Shown: positions 1 to 10,068 of the stretch, piece after piece
Position numbering within the stretch: the first letter of the stretch is position 1
Layout of the letters: every line of letters starts with the position of its first letter
Assembly (NCBI GenBank): GCA_963700285.1
Contig: CAVOXA010000006.1
Span: 128,001 to 192,000, forward strand
Reading direction: 5' to 3'
Length of the DNA stretch: 64,000 nt
DNA from: an uncultured Chloroflexia bacterium
GTDB taxonomy: Bacteria > Chloroflexota > Anaerolineae > JAAYZQ01
Notes under the pieces: generated by a model
Seen by the model: only the letters and a program-made list of their open reading frames with translations
What the model was told of the DNA's origin: nothing
Database searches by the model: none
Translations under genes and position numbers: made by a program

Positions 1-921
1 TGCATGAACCATACCATCTATCTGGGCGGCAGCATGATCTTGATCCCGAATCCGCGGGTGATGGACCACGTCCTCAAATCGATCAACAAGCACAAACCCA
101 CCCTCTATCCCGGTGTTCCGGCCATGTACGTGGCGGTTACCAACCATCCAGATGTGAGCAAGTACGATGTATCCTCCATCCGGGCCTGTCTCAGCGGCGC
201 CGCCGGGCTGCCTCCCGAAGTGCAGGAAGCCTTCGAACGGCTCACGGGCGCCAAGCTGGTCGAGGGCTATGGCCTGAGCGAGGCGACTCCCGTCACCCAC
301 TGCAACCCCATCTATGGCAAGCGCAAGGCGGGCAGTTGGATCGGCTTACCGTTCCCTGACACAGAGGCGGCCATCATGGACCTGGACACCGGGACACAGG
401 AACTTGAAGCCGGCGAGATCGGGGAATTGTGCATCCGTGGCCCGCAAGTGATGAAGGGCTACTGGGGCATGCCCACCGAGACCGCCAACTCGCTGCTGGA
501 TGGCTGGCTGCACACGGGCGATATCGCCCGCATGGACACCGACGGATTCTTTCAGATCGTCGATCGCAAGAAGGACATGATCCTTGGCTCGGGAGGCTTT
601 AACATCTATCCCCGCGAGGTCGAGGACGTGCTCTACGAGCACCCCAAGGTCCTGGAGGCAGCCGTGGCTGGCGTTCCGGTCGCCGCGGAGCAGGGCGAAC
701 GCGTTAAGGCCTACATCGTGCTCAAGCCCGGGGAAAGCGCCACTGAGGACGAGATCATTGCCTACTGCCGCGAGAATCTGGCTTACTACAAAGTGCCCAA
801 ATTTGTCGAGTTCCGCGATGACCTGCCCAAGACGATGGTGGGCAAGATCCTGCGGCGCGTCCTGGTGGAGAATGAGGTAAAACAGGCCGAGCAGAGCGAT
901 CCCGACCGACAAGATGCGTGA
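1..921 (+). CDS. fadD: Long-chain fatty-acid--CoA ligase (AMP-binding), 5'-truncated by the window edge
   Basis: Motifs EGYGLSEA, GWLHTGDIA, IVDRKKDMI, NIYPREVEDVL and LPKTMVGKILRR of the adenylate-forming family. Confidence 0.85.
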   Translation, partial: CMNHTIYLGGSMILIPNPRVMDHVLKSINKHKPTLYPGVPAMYVAVTNHPDVSKYDVSSIRACLSGAAGLPPEVQEAFERLTGAKLVEGYGLSEATPVTHCNPIYGKRKAGSWIGLPFPDTEAAIMDLDTGTQELEAGEIGELCIRGPQVMKGYWGMPTETANSLLDGWLHTGDIARMDTDGFFQIVDRKKDMILGSGGFNIYPREVEDVLYEHPKVLEAAVAGVPVAAEQGERVKAYIVLKPGESATEDEIIAYCRENLAYYKVPKFVEFRDDLPKTMVGKILRRVLVENEVKQAEQSDPDRQDA

Positions 922-1043
922 CAGGTTCTCTGCGATTGTACAGTCGGGAGGCTACTCTGTCTATCGGGACATGCGCGCAGAGCGAAATCTGGCAGAACCT
1001 GTCCGGTCTGGCCACGTTTAGGAATGCGTCAAGGTCAATTTTG

Positions 1044-1077
1044 GCAATTTGACAAATTGCGCGCTCTCTTGTATAAT
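1044..1077 (+). promoter_or_regulatory. Sigma70 promoter of the liv operon with an overlapping palindromic operator
   Basis: TTGACA (1049-1054), 17 bp spacer, TATAAT (1072-1077); palindrome GCAATTTG-A-CAAATTGC (1044-1060) covers the -35 box. Confidence 0.8.
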
Positions 1078-1253
1078 CCAAGACTGTTCGCTGTCCAGAA
1101 CAATCAGATCCGTGTTCAGAATAGTCAGTGGTAAGACTCTGATCCAGGCTTGTTCATGTAGATTCAGAAGGAGGTATGCCTATAAACTTGGCCTTTCGAC
1201 GGTATGTTCCAAGATCGCAGAATACAAACAAAATTGAGGGAGGAGACTCAAAG

Positions 1254-2462
1254 ATGAAAAGGACATTTGCCATCCTTACCGTTCTGCTGCTGCTGAGCAC
1301 AGTGCTGGCAGCCTGCGACATCGGCGGATCAAAGTACGAGTGCACCGATCCCTTGGGCTGTGTCACCTACGCCAAGGACGAGCCGATCCGCATCGCCAGC
1401 TCGCTGGTCATTAGCGGGCCCAATACCGAACTGGGCATGGACTCCCAGCATGGCGTCGACATCGCCGGCGAATTCCGCGGCGAGGTTGCTCGGCCATACG
1501 GTCGAATTCCAGCACGAGGACGACCTCTGCAGCGCAGAGGGTGGGCAGACCTCGGCGCAAAAGATCGTTTCCGACCCCACCATCGTGGGCATGATCGGCA
1601 CAAGCTGCTCCGGCGCCGGCGTGCCTGCCGCCAAGATCATCTCTGACGCTGGCATGGTGATGATCTCACCATCCAACACATCCCCAGCCCTGACCGATCC
1701 GGCACAGCACCAGGCAGGGTACCTGCGCACGGCCCACAACGATACCGTGCAGGGTGCGGCCATGGCCAAGTTCGCCCTGGAGGAATTGGGTGTAACCAAA
1801 GCCGCCGCCATCCACGACGGCGACCCCTACACCGAGGGCCTGGCCACCGTGTTCGCCGACTCGTTCAAAGAGATGGGCGGCGAGATCGTAGCCTTTGAGG
1901 CCGTCGGCAAGGGCGACACCGACATGCGCCCCGCGCTCAAGAGCGTGGCCGAGGCCGGCCCGCCCGAGTTCATCTACTACCCCATCTTTATCGCCGAGGG
2001 TGCAGCCATCACCACCCAGGCCCGTGAAGTTGCCGGCCTGGAAGAACGCCATTCTCTCCGGTGCCGACGGCATCCAGTCGCCCTCCTTCCTGGAGGCCGC
2101 TGGAGAGGCCGTCCGAGGGCATGTACGTCTCCGGCCCGGACCTGAGCTTCTCCAACGCGCTGTACCAGGACTTTCTGGCCACGTACCAGGAGAACTATGG
2201 CACCGCGCCCACGGCCCCCTTCCACGCCCACGCCTTTGATGCCACCAACATGATCCTTGATGCCATCGAAAAGGTCGCCGTGGTCGAGGACAATGGCACG
2301 ATCCATATCCCGCGGCAGGCTCTGCGCGACGCCCTCTTTGCCACCTCAGGGATGGAAGGCATCACCGGCACCATCACCTGTGATGAGAACGGCGACTGCG
2401 CAGACCCCAAGATCGCGGTTAGCCAGGTCGAGAACGCCGAGTTTGTGAGGATTTGGCCCTAG
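1254..2462 (+). CDS. livK: Branched-chain amino acid ABC transporter substrate-binding lipoprotein (frameshifted in the assembly)
   Basis: GGAGGAG RBS, lipobox LAAC, IGTSCSGA, VMISPSNT, RTAHND..QG and HAFDATN spread over three frames. Confidence 0.85.
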
Positions 2463-2544
2463 CGCCTTGCGGTAACTGTGACGCAGGCGTCTCGCTAAAC
2501 AACTGTTAGACCCAGACGTCTCGCGGATCAACACAAACGGAATA

Positions 2545-2568
2545 GGCCCGGGGCGTACGCCCCGGGCC
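2545..2568 (+). other. GC-rich hairpin after the binding-protein gene (mRNA stabiliser or partial terminator)
   Basis: GGCCCGGGGC-GTAC-GCCCCGGGCC inverted repeat with no U-tract. Confidence 0.5.
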
Positions 2569-2599
2569 CATCGTCCGAAACCCCAGCCTGGAGAATGCT

Positions 2600-3675
2600 A
2601 TGCGAGCAACGCTTGAGGGACATCGACTGGATAGGCGCTCGTTCTGTGGGTCTTTAGGGCCGTCATCATCATCGCCATGATCTGGGGCGCGGCAGCCACC
2701 ATCCTCAGACAAGGAAAACCCCCTATCCCTGAACGAGTTCCTGGGTTATCTGGTGGACGGCATCTCACAGGGCAGCCTCTACGCCCTGATCGCCCTGGGC
2801 TACACCCTGGTCTACGGCGTCCTGTTCATGATCAACTTTGCCCATGGCGAGTTCTTTATGTCGGGAGCCATGACGGCGACCATCTTTGTGGCCATCCCCC
2901 TGAGCGAATCCGGCTTTCTGGACGCGTATCCCGTCCCGGGACTGCATCATCTGCGGTCTGGTGGCGGCGGTCATCTCGGTTGGCGTCGCCCTCCTGACGG
3001 AGCGTATCGCCTACCGGCCGCTGCGCAAGGCGCCCCGCCTCATCCCCCTGATCACGGCCATCGGCGCATCTTTCTTCTGGCAGTACTTTTTCCGGGGCCT
3101 GTATGGCGGTCAGATCGTGGCCTTTCCCCGAGATCGAGCCCCTGACCGGGTCTGGTCCAGGTTCTTTGGCATCGAGATCCTCAAGAAACAGATCGTCGTC
3201 ATCGGCGCCGCAGCCATCTTGCTGCTCGGCCTCAATTACTTTGTGTACCGTACCAAGACAGGCAAGTCCATGCGGGCTGTCGCCGAGGACAAGGACGTCG
3301 CCGCCCTGATGGGCATCGACGTCGATCGGGTGATCACCATCACCTTTGCCGTAGGCGCGGCCATGGCCGGGGCAGCCGGAGTCCTATACGGCCTGCTCTT
3401 TCGCCAGACGCACTTTTTCATGGGTTTTATCCCCGGGATCAAGGCCTTCACCGCCGCCGTTCTGGGCGGCATCGGCAGCGTACCTGGGGCGGCCCTGGGC
3501 GGCCTGCTCCTGGGCATCTTTGAGTCGGTGGGCCCGCGGCTCGTACTACAGGGCCTGGGCATCCCGGCCAGTCTACCAGCTCCGGGACGTCATCGCCTTC
3601 CTCATGCTGGTCCTGGTGCTCATCTTCCGGCCGCAGGGCATCCTGGGCGAGCGTCTGACCGAGAAGAAAGCGTGA
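2600..3675 (+). CDS. livH: Branched-chain amino acid ABC permease (frameshifted)
   Basis: GSLYALIALGYTLVYG..INFAHGE, TKTGKSMRAVAED and KAFTAAVLGGIGS. Confidence 0.85.
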
Positions 3676-3687
3676 GGAGGAGGAGCC

Positions 3688-5426
3688 ATGTTTGAATCCA
3701 CTCGTTTCGACTGGGGTCATCCCATCCGCTTCGGCCTCATCTCCGGCATCATCGCCCTGAGCCTCAGCGCCATCGGCATGGTCGAGGCCTTTGGCACCCG
3801 GGATCTGATCACCAACGTGCTGAGCCTGGGCTACGTGCTGCTCTTTGCAGCACCGGCCGGTGCCGGCTACCTCTCGGCCCAGGCCAATGAAGGCGGTCGC
3901 AAGTGGCAACTGGTTGCCGGTGGTCTCATCGCCGGGCTGATCTCCGCCATCCCCCTCATCGGCCTGATCATCCTGGCCAGCCAGGTGAACCTCCGCGAGC
4001 TGGGGCTGGTCAACATTTCCCCGGCTCTCATTGAGATGCTGACCTTCGACCTGGGCCTTGCCGCCGGCTCTCTGGTACTGGCCGTGTTGATGGGTCTGGT
4101 GGGCATGGCAGGCGCGGCGATAGAGATCATGCCCGGCCGCATCCGCCGCCCGGTCCTGATTGCCCTGCTGATGGTCTTTGCCGTGGGCATGTTCTCCGAG
4201 ATCGTCATCCGCGTCATGCGCAAGCTCGTTGGTGTTGGCTTTGCCAACCTCTTTTTCAGCGGCAAGGCACTCAAGCTTTGGTCCGCAATCGTCCTCTTTG
4301 TCCTGACCATCGTCTTTGTGATCTGGTGGGATGCGCGCAGTGCCAAAAGACAGAAACGAGTCAGCACACGCACCCCTGTTCAGCAGAAGCGGGCCCGAAC
4401 CATCGCCCTCGTTGGCGGTGTCATCCTAATGCTGGCCCTGCCGATCTTTATGGACCCCTATCTGGCCGAAGTGGTCGACCAGGTGGGCCTCTATGTCCTC
4501 ATGGGCCTGGGTCTGAACATCGTGGTCGGTTTTGCCGGCCTGCTGGACCTGGGCTACGTGGCCTTTTTCGCCATCGGCGCCTATACCATGGGCGTGCTCA
4601 CCTCCGACAGCGCCCTGGGCATCGGCGGCATGTCCTTTTGGGTGGCGCTGCCTCTCTGCGTCGGCGCGGCAGCAGTGGCCGGCCTCCTCCTGGGTGTCCC
4701 TGTATTGCGGATGCGCGGTGATTATCTGGCCATCGTGACGCTGGGCTTTGGCGAGATCATCCGTATCCTGGTTCTGTCCGACGTGGCCAAACCCGTGCTC
4801 GGCGGCGCCCAGGGCATCCTGCTGATCCCCAAACCCAAGCATCTGGGGATTTGAACTGGTGGGACCTAGCAGAGTTCTACTATCTCATTGTCGCTGGCTG
4901 TCTGCTGGCCGCCTTTGTGTCGTGGCGCCTGCGCGACGCGCGGCTCGGCCGCCAATGGATGGCCATGCGCGAGGACGAGGACGTGGCCGAGGCGGTGGGC
5001 ATCAAGCTGGTCAACACCAAGCTGCTGGCCTTTGCTATTGGCGCCGCCTTTTCCGGGCTGTCGGGCGCCATCTTTGCCACCCGCTTGAGCTCCATCTTTC
5101 CCCACAGCTTCAACCTGCTGGTCTCCATCAACGTGCTCTGTCTCATCATCGTCGGCGGCATGGGCAGCCTGCCCGGCGTGGTCGTAGGCGCCCTGGTGCT
5201 GGTGGGCATGCCCGAACTACTGCGCGAGTTCGCCGAGTACCGGCTCATGATCTATGGCGCGCTGCTCATCGTCATGATGCTCGTCCGCCCGGAAGGACTC
5301 TGGCCCTCGCCCGATCCGCAAGCGCGAGCTTCACGCCCACGAGGAGCACTCGAGGGACCTGGCATAGCTATCCGGCTGCCGGACGCTGATGTTCAGACCC
5401 AGCAACATCCCATCGTGAGGGTATGA
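3688..5426 (+). CDS. livM: Branched-chain amino acid ABC permease with a long N-terminal membrane extension (frameshifted; 3' end approximate)
   Basis: GLNIVVGFAGLLDLGYVAF, LRMRGDYLAIVTLGFGEII and GRQWMAMREDE. Confidence 0.85.
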
Positions 5427-5429
5427 CAA

Positions 5430-6220
5430 ATGGCTGAGACTCCAAACTCGATCATCCTGGATGCCCAAAGTGTCACAAAGCGCTTCGGCGGCTTGACGGC
5501 GGTCAGCCAGTTCGACGTACGAACTGAACGAGGGTACGATTGCCAGCATCATCGGCCCCAACGGTGCGGGAAAGACGACCTTTTTCAACTGCGTCACCGG
5601 TTTCTACCAGCAATGACGAGGGGACCATCACTTTCAACGACCACGTGATCAACGGGCCGGTCGCCGGACCAGATCACGCGCACCGGCATTGCCCGCACCT
5701 ACCAGAACATCCGCCTCTTTTCCAACATGACGGCCATGGAGAACATCCTGGTGGGCATGGAACCACAGCTCAAGGCCGGGTGGCTGGGCGCCATCTTTGG
5801 TACACGGCGTACTCGAAAAGAGGAGGCCGAGGCGGTACAGGAAGCCGACAAGGTGCTCGATTTGTTGGCCTCCGGGGCCAGGGCGACCTCCTGGCCAAGA
5901 ACCTGCCCTACGGCGCCCAACGCCGGCTGGAGATCGGCCGGGCCCTGGCCGGAAAGCCCAAGCTGCTCTTGCTGGACGAGCCGACGGCGGGCATGAACCC
6001 CTCGGAGACAGTGGAGGTCATTGGCTTTATCCGCCATTTGCGCGACGAGCTGGGCATCACCATCCTGCTGATCGAGCATGATATGCGCGTGGTCATGAGT
6101 ATCTCGGAGCAGGTGACGGTCCTGGACTATGGTGAAAAGATCGCCGAAGGAACACCGGCCGAGATCCAAAGCAACCCGAGGGTGATCGAAGCCTATCTGG
6201 GAAGGGGGGCTGCGGACTAA
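5430..6220 (+). CDS. livG: ABC transporter ATP-binding protein (frameshifted)
   Basis: [40 protein letters not shown] and VIEAYLG. Confidence 0.88.
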
Positions 6221-6221
6221 T

Positions 6222-6936
6222 ATGGCACTGCTCGAAGTCAACGACATCCACACCTATTATGGCGCCATCCACGCCCTAAAGGGCATCTCGATCCAGGTCG
6301 ACGAAGGCGAGATTGTGACCCTCATCGGCGCCAACGGCGCCGGCAAGAGTACCACGCTGAATACCATTTGCGGCATCCTGCGCCCGCGGCAAGGCAGCAT
6401 CTACCTGGAGGGCGAGGCCATCAACGAGCTGCGCGCCCACGAAATCGTCCTGCGCGGCGTGTCCCAGTCCCCAGAGGGTCGCCGGGTCTTTAGCCGGCTG
6501 ACGGTGACCGAGAATCTGGAGATGGGCGCCTTTGCCAGGAAGGATAAGGACGGCGTGAAGGCCAGTATGGAGCGGGTCTTTACGCTCTTTCCCCGGCTGA
6601 AGGAGCGGCACAAACAGGTGTCCGGTACCCTGTCTGGCGGCGAGCAGCAGATGCTGTCCATCGGCCGGGCCATAATGGCCAATCCGCGCCTGCTCCTCCT
6701 GGACGAACCCTCTATGGGGCTGGCGCCGATCCTGGTCGAGGCGATTTTCGACACCGTACGCGAGATCAACGAACAGGGCACCACCATCCTGCTCGTCGAG
6801 CAGAACGCGCTGATGGCTTTCTCGGTAGCACAGCCGGGGTTATGTCATGCAAACTGGAGAGATCGTCCTGCACGACACGGCCGAGGCGCTGCAGGAGAAC
6901 GAAATGGTGCGCAAGGCCTACCTGGGCGGAGAATAG
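6222..6936 (+). CDS. livF: ABC transporter ATP-binding protein (frameshift near the 3' end)
   Basis: IGANGAGKST, LSGGEQQML, LLLDEPSMGLAP, LLVEQN; ends VRKAYLGGE* in the shifted frame. Confidence 0.9.
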
Positions 6937-6974
6937 GACTGGGGGCAGCCAGCCAGGACAACACGACAGAACAG

Positions 6975-7005
6975 GAGGCGGCTCTTGGAGCCGCCTCTCT
7001 CCTTT
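6975..7005 (+). terminator. Putative intrinsic terminator of the liv operon
   Basis: GAGGCGGCTC-TTG-GAGCCGCCTC followed by a pyrimidine run. Confidence 0.55.
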
Positions 7006-8643
7006 GCAGCCAACCGTTCATAGTGCGCGCTTCAGCGCGCTTTCTCTGCCCTGCCCCAAGACTCAAACCACGGCGCTGAAGCGCCGACTACCAACCGGGG
7101 CTACCCAAGCAACCTCCTGTTCGTAGTGCGCGCTTCAGCGCGCCTTCTCTGCCCAGCCCCAAGACTCAAACCACGGCGCTGAAGCGCCGACTACCAACCG
7201 GGGCTACCCAAGCAGCCAACCGTTCGTAGTGCGCGCTTCAGCGCGCCTTCTCTGCCCTGCCCCAAGACTCAAACCACGGCGCTGAAGCGCCGACTACCAA
7301 CCGGGGCTACCCAAGCAGCCTACCTGTTCGTAGTGCGCGCTTCAGCGCGCCTTCTCTGCCCTGCCCCAGGACTCAAACCACGGCGCTGAAGCGCCGACTA
7401 CCAACCGGGGCTACCCAAGCGGCCTCCTGTTCGTAGTGCGCGCTTCAGCGCGCTTTCTCTGCCCTGCCCCAAGACTCAAACCACGGCGCTGAAGCGCCGG
7501 CTACGAACCGGGGCTACCCAAGCAGCCTCCTGTTCGTAGTGCGCGCTTCAGCGCGCTTTCTCTGCCCAGCCCCAAGACTCAAACCACGGCGCTGAAGCGC
7601 CGACTACCAACCGGGGCTACCCAAGCGGCCTCCCGTTCGTAGTGCGCGCTTCAGCGCGCTTTCTCTGCCCTGCCCCAAGACTCAAACCACGGCGCTGAAG
7701 CGCCGACTACGAACCGGGGCTACCCAAGCGGCCAACCGTTCGTAGTGCGCGCTTCAGCGCGCCTTCTCTGCCCTGCCCCAAGACTCAAACCACGGCGCTG
7801 AAGCGCCGACTACGAACCGGGGCTACCCAAGCGGCCTCCTGTTCGTAGTGCGCGCTTCAGCGCGCTTTCTCTGCCCTGCCCCAAGACTCAAACCACGGCG
7901 CTGAAGCGCCGACTACGAACCGGGGCTACCCAAGCGGCCAACCGTTCGTAGTGCGCGCTTCAGCGCGCTTTCTCTGCCCTGCCCCAAGACTCAAACCACG
8001 GCGCTGAAGCGCCGACTACGAACCGGGGCTACCCAAGCGGCCTACCGTTCGTAGTGCGCGCTTCAGCGCGCCTTCTCTGCCCAGCCCCAAGACTCAAACC
8101 ACGGCGCTGAAGCGCCGACTACGAACCGGGGCTACCCAAGCGGCCAACCGTTCGTAGTGCGCGCTTCAGCGCGCCTTCTCTGCCCAGCCCCAAGACTCAA
8201 ACCACGGCGCTGAAGCGCCGGCTACGAACCGGGGCTACCCAAGCGGCCTCCTGTTCGTAGTGCGCGCTTCAGCGCGCTTTCTCTGCCCTGCCCCAAGACT
8301 CAAACCACGGCGCTGAAGCGCCGGCTACCAACCGGGGCTACCCAAGCGGCCAACCGTTCGTAGTGCGCGCTTCAGCGCGCTTTCTCTGCCCTGCCCCAAG
8401 ACTCAAACCACGGCGCTGAAGCGCCGGCTACGAACCGGGGCTACCCATGCGGCCAACCGTTCGTAGTGCGCGCTTCAGCGCGCCTTTCTCTGCCCTGCCC
8501 CAAGACTCAAACCACGGCGCTGAAGCGCCGGCTACGAACCGGGGCTACCCATGCGGCCAACCGTTCATAGTGCGCGCTTCAGCGCGCTTTCTCTGCCCTG
8601 CCCCAAGACTCAAACCACGGCGCTGAAGCGCCGACTACGAACC
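7006..8643. repeat. Tandem array of 16 copies of a 103-bp unit, each an inverted pair of GTAG-type REP palindromes (REPIN/BIME-like)
   Basis: TAGTGCGCGC recurs at 7021, 7124, 7227 ... 8568 (period 103-104). Unit contains GTTCGTAGTGCGCGCTTCAGCGCGC ... GGCGCTGAAGCGCCGACTACGAAC. No unique spacers. Confidence 0.95.
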
Positions 8644-9203
8644 TAGGGCCCTTCCTGCACAAGCCAGGGGTAGTTGGTGAAGGTAGTCGCTCGAAAGCCA
8701 TCTGCGCACTCATCCTCAATGACCTCCAGTGAGAGCCCTCCCCCATCCAGCGTCCACCTGTAGCTGCCGGTAACCTCCATACAATGCGGGTCGTTAAACA
8801 GATGGAGCCGGTCCCCGGAAACAGCAAAGGAGCCCAGGGACCGCCAGCCGCTCAGCGAACGCGTGGAGAATATCCGGTAGATGCCAGCGTCCAGGCGCAG
8901 CAACCACAAACCACCCTCGGCCGGGTAGGGCATGCAGCGCCGGCAAAACGGCCGGACTCCCTCTCGAGGGTCCAATTTGCCGTAGGTACCGTCCAAAACG
9001 GTCTCCCGATGGGGAGGCAAGGGGGTGGTATAGGGGTAGGGCCTCTGTTCCTGCAACCGCGCCCACAAGTCAGGCCAGGCCGGGGTGCCCTCCGGGGCAG
9101 GTGGTTGGGTGGGCGTAGCGTCCGGCGGCGAGCAGGCCGTCGCCAGGACAGCCAAACAAAAGAACACCACAATACGCTGGTACCAGCGCCCGCTTCGCAG
9201 CAC
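8643..9203 (-). CDS. Hypothetical lipoprotein with a CxxC motif
   Basis: GGAGG RBS before GTG 9203; lipobox LATAC; Pro-rich linker; FCRRC plus two further Cys. Confidence 0.7.
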   Translation of the reverse strand: MLRSGRWYQRIVVFFCLAVLATACSPPDATPTQPPAPEGTPAWPDLWARLQEQRPYPYTTPLPPHRETVLDGTYGKLDPREGVRPFCRRCMPYPAEGGLWLLRLDAGIYRIFSTRSLSGWRSLGSFAVSGDRLHLFNDPHCMEVTGSYRWTLDGGGLSLEVIEDECADGFRATTFTNYPWLVQEGP

Positions 9204-9239
9204 GGGTACCTCCATCGTCAAGGGGTAGACGTGTGCACT

Positions 9240-9273
9240 AGACTTCCGAAGTCTAGCAAGACTTTGGAAGTCT
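9240..9273. repeat. Dispersed palindromic REP-like doublet (AGACTTCCGAAGTCT family)
   Basis: AGACTTCCGAAGTCT-AGCA-AGACTTTGGAAGTCT; about 10 more copies in intergenic gaps of this window. Confidence 0.8.
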
Positions 9274-9281
9274 GGGCCTGT

Positions 9282-9713
9282 TCATAAACTGGCCCCATCG
9301 AGGACATCCATCAGGATGCCCGCCGCGTTGGCGACCAAAGGGGCGCAGGTGCCCGGGCCGCCAGGAGCTTCGATGGCCGCCCGCAGCGGGGCACACTGGG
9401 TGTTGCCCATCTCGGCCAGAAAACGCGTCCTGAACTCTTTGCAGAGCGCATAGGCATCGTCGTCATTGGCGTCGGGGTCCTGGCGGCCCAGCAGCCCGCC
9501 GATGGCCAGCACGCCGCCGCTCAAGGCCCCGCAGACCTCCTCCCGGGTACCCCCTATGCCGCCGCCGAGCCCGGTGGACAGCCTCAGAACCCTGGGATCC
9601 CAATCGTCCCACGTGTGCTCGCCCACGGCGAGCAAGACCGCCTCCGATCAGTGATAGCCTCTCTCGATCAGCGCTCCGGCCCTCGCGGCCACCAAATCCC
9701 GCGCGTTCGCCAT
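9282..9713 (-). CDS. C_GCAxxG_C_C family redox protein, probable selenoprotein (in-frame TGA at 9648-9650)
   Basis: GGAGG RBS and ATG 9713; MANARDLVAARAGALIERGYH-U-SEAVL continues in frame into GLGGGIGG..EVCGALSGG..TQC..TC. Confidence 0.85.
9619..9650 (-). promoter_or_regulatory. Bacterial SECIS-like hairpin
   Basis: UGA, 13 nt, then UGCUCGCC-GUG-GGCGAGCA: an 8-bp stem with a G-first loop 21 nt after the UGA. Confidence 0.7.
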
Positions 9714-9816
9714 TGACACGCCTCCATGCAAGTACAGTGATGCCGCTAGTATACCACCAAGCTTCCCAAAAGACCACCTCTGGAGCTGTGATGACAGAAA
9801 CAGGAATTCTCAAAGA

Positions 9817-9846
9817 TTGACACCTTCCGTAGCGTCATGGTACAGT
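9817..9846 (+). promoter_or_regulatory. Putative sigma70 promoter of the kinase gene; a divergent extended -10 (TGGTATACT, 9748-9756, minus strand) serves the selenoprotein gene
   Basis: TTGACA, 18 bp spacer ending in TGG, then TACAGT. Confidence 0.5.
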
Positions 9847-10068
9847 TGAGACAATCGTGGGCTAGTCCAATCTCGGCCGGAATCTTTAACCGATTATTAA
9901 CCGTTCTGTTACCTGGCTTATACCTTTAGGCAGTAGAATGCCAGAGTGGGATATGCCGACCCCTACACATCAATGGGGCAGGTACAGGAGTGGGACAATC
10001 TGTCAAGAACGGCAATCGACCTATGATAGGCTCCATGCCACGATTTCACGGTTGGAGGCCCATCCAGA

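Noticed and set aside
6842-7126. ORFs running into the repeat array (6842-7126, the livF extension to 7079, and 8579-8827)
   Set aside because: Artefacts of the livF frameshift and of read-through into non-coding repeats
7006-8643. CRISPR array
   Set aside because: The whole 103-bp unit repeats with no unique spacers, and there are no cas genes in the window
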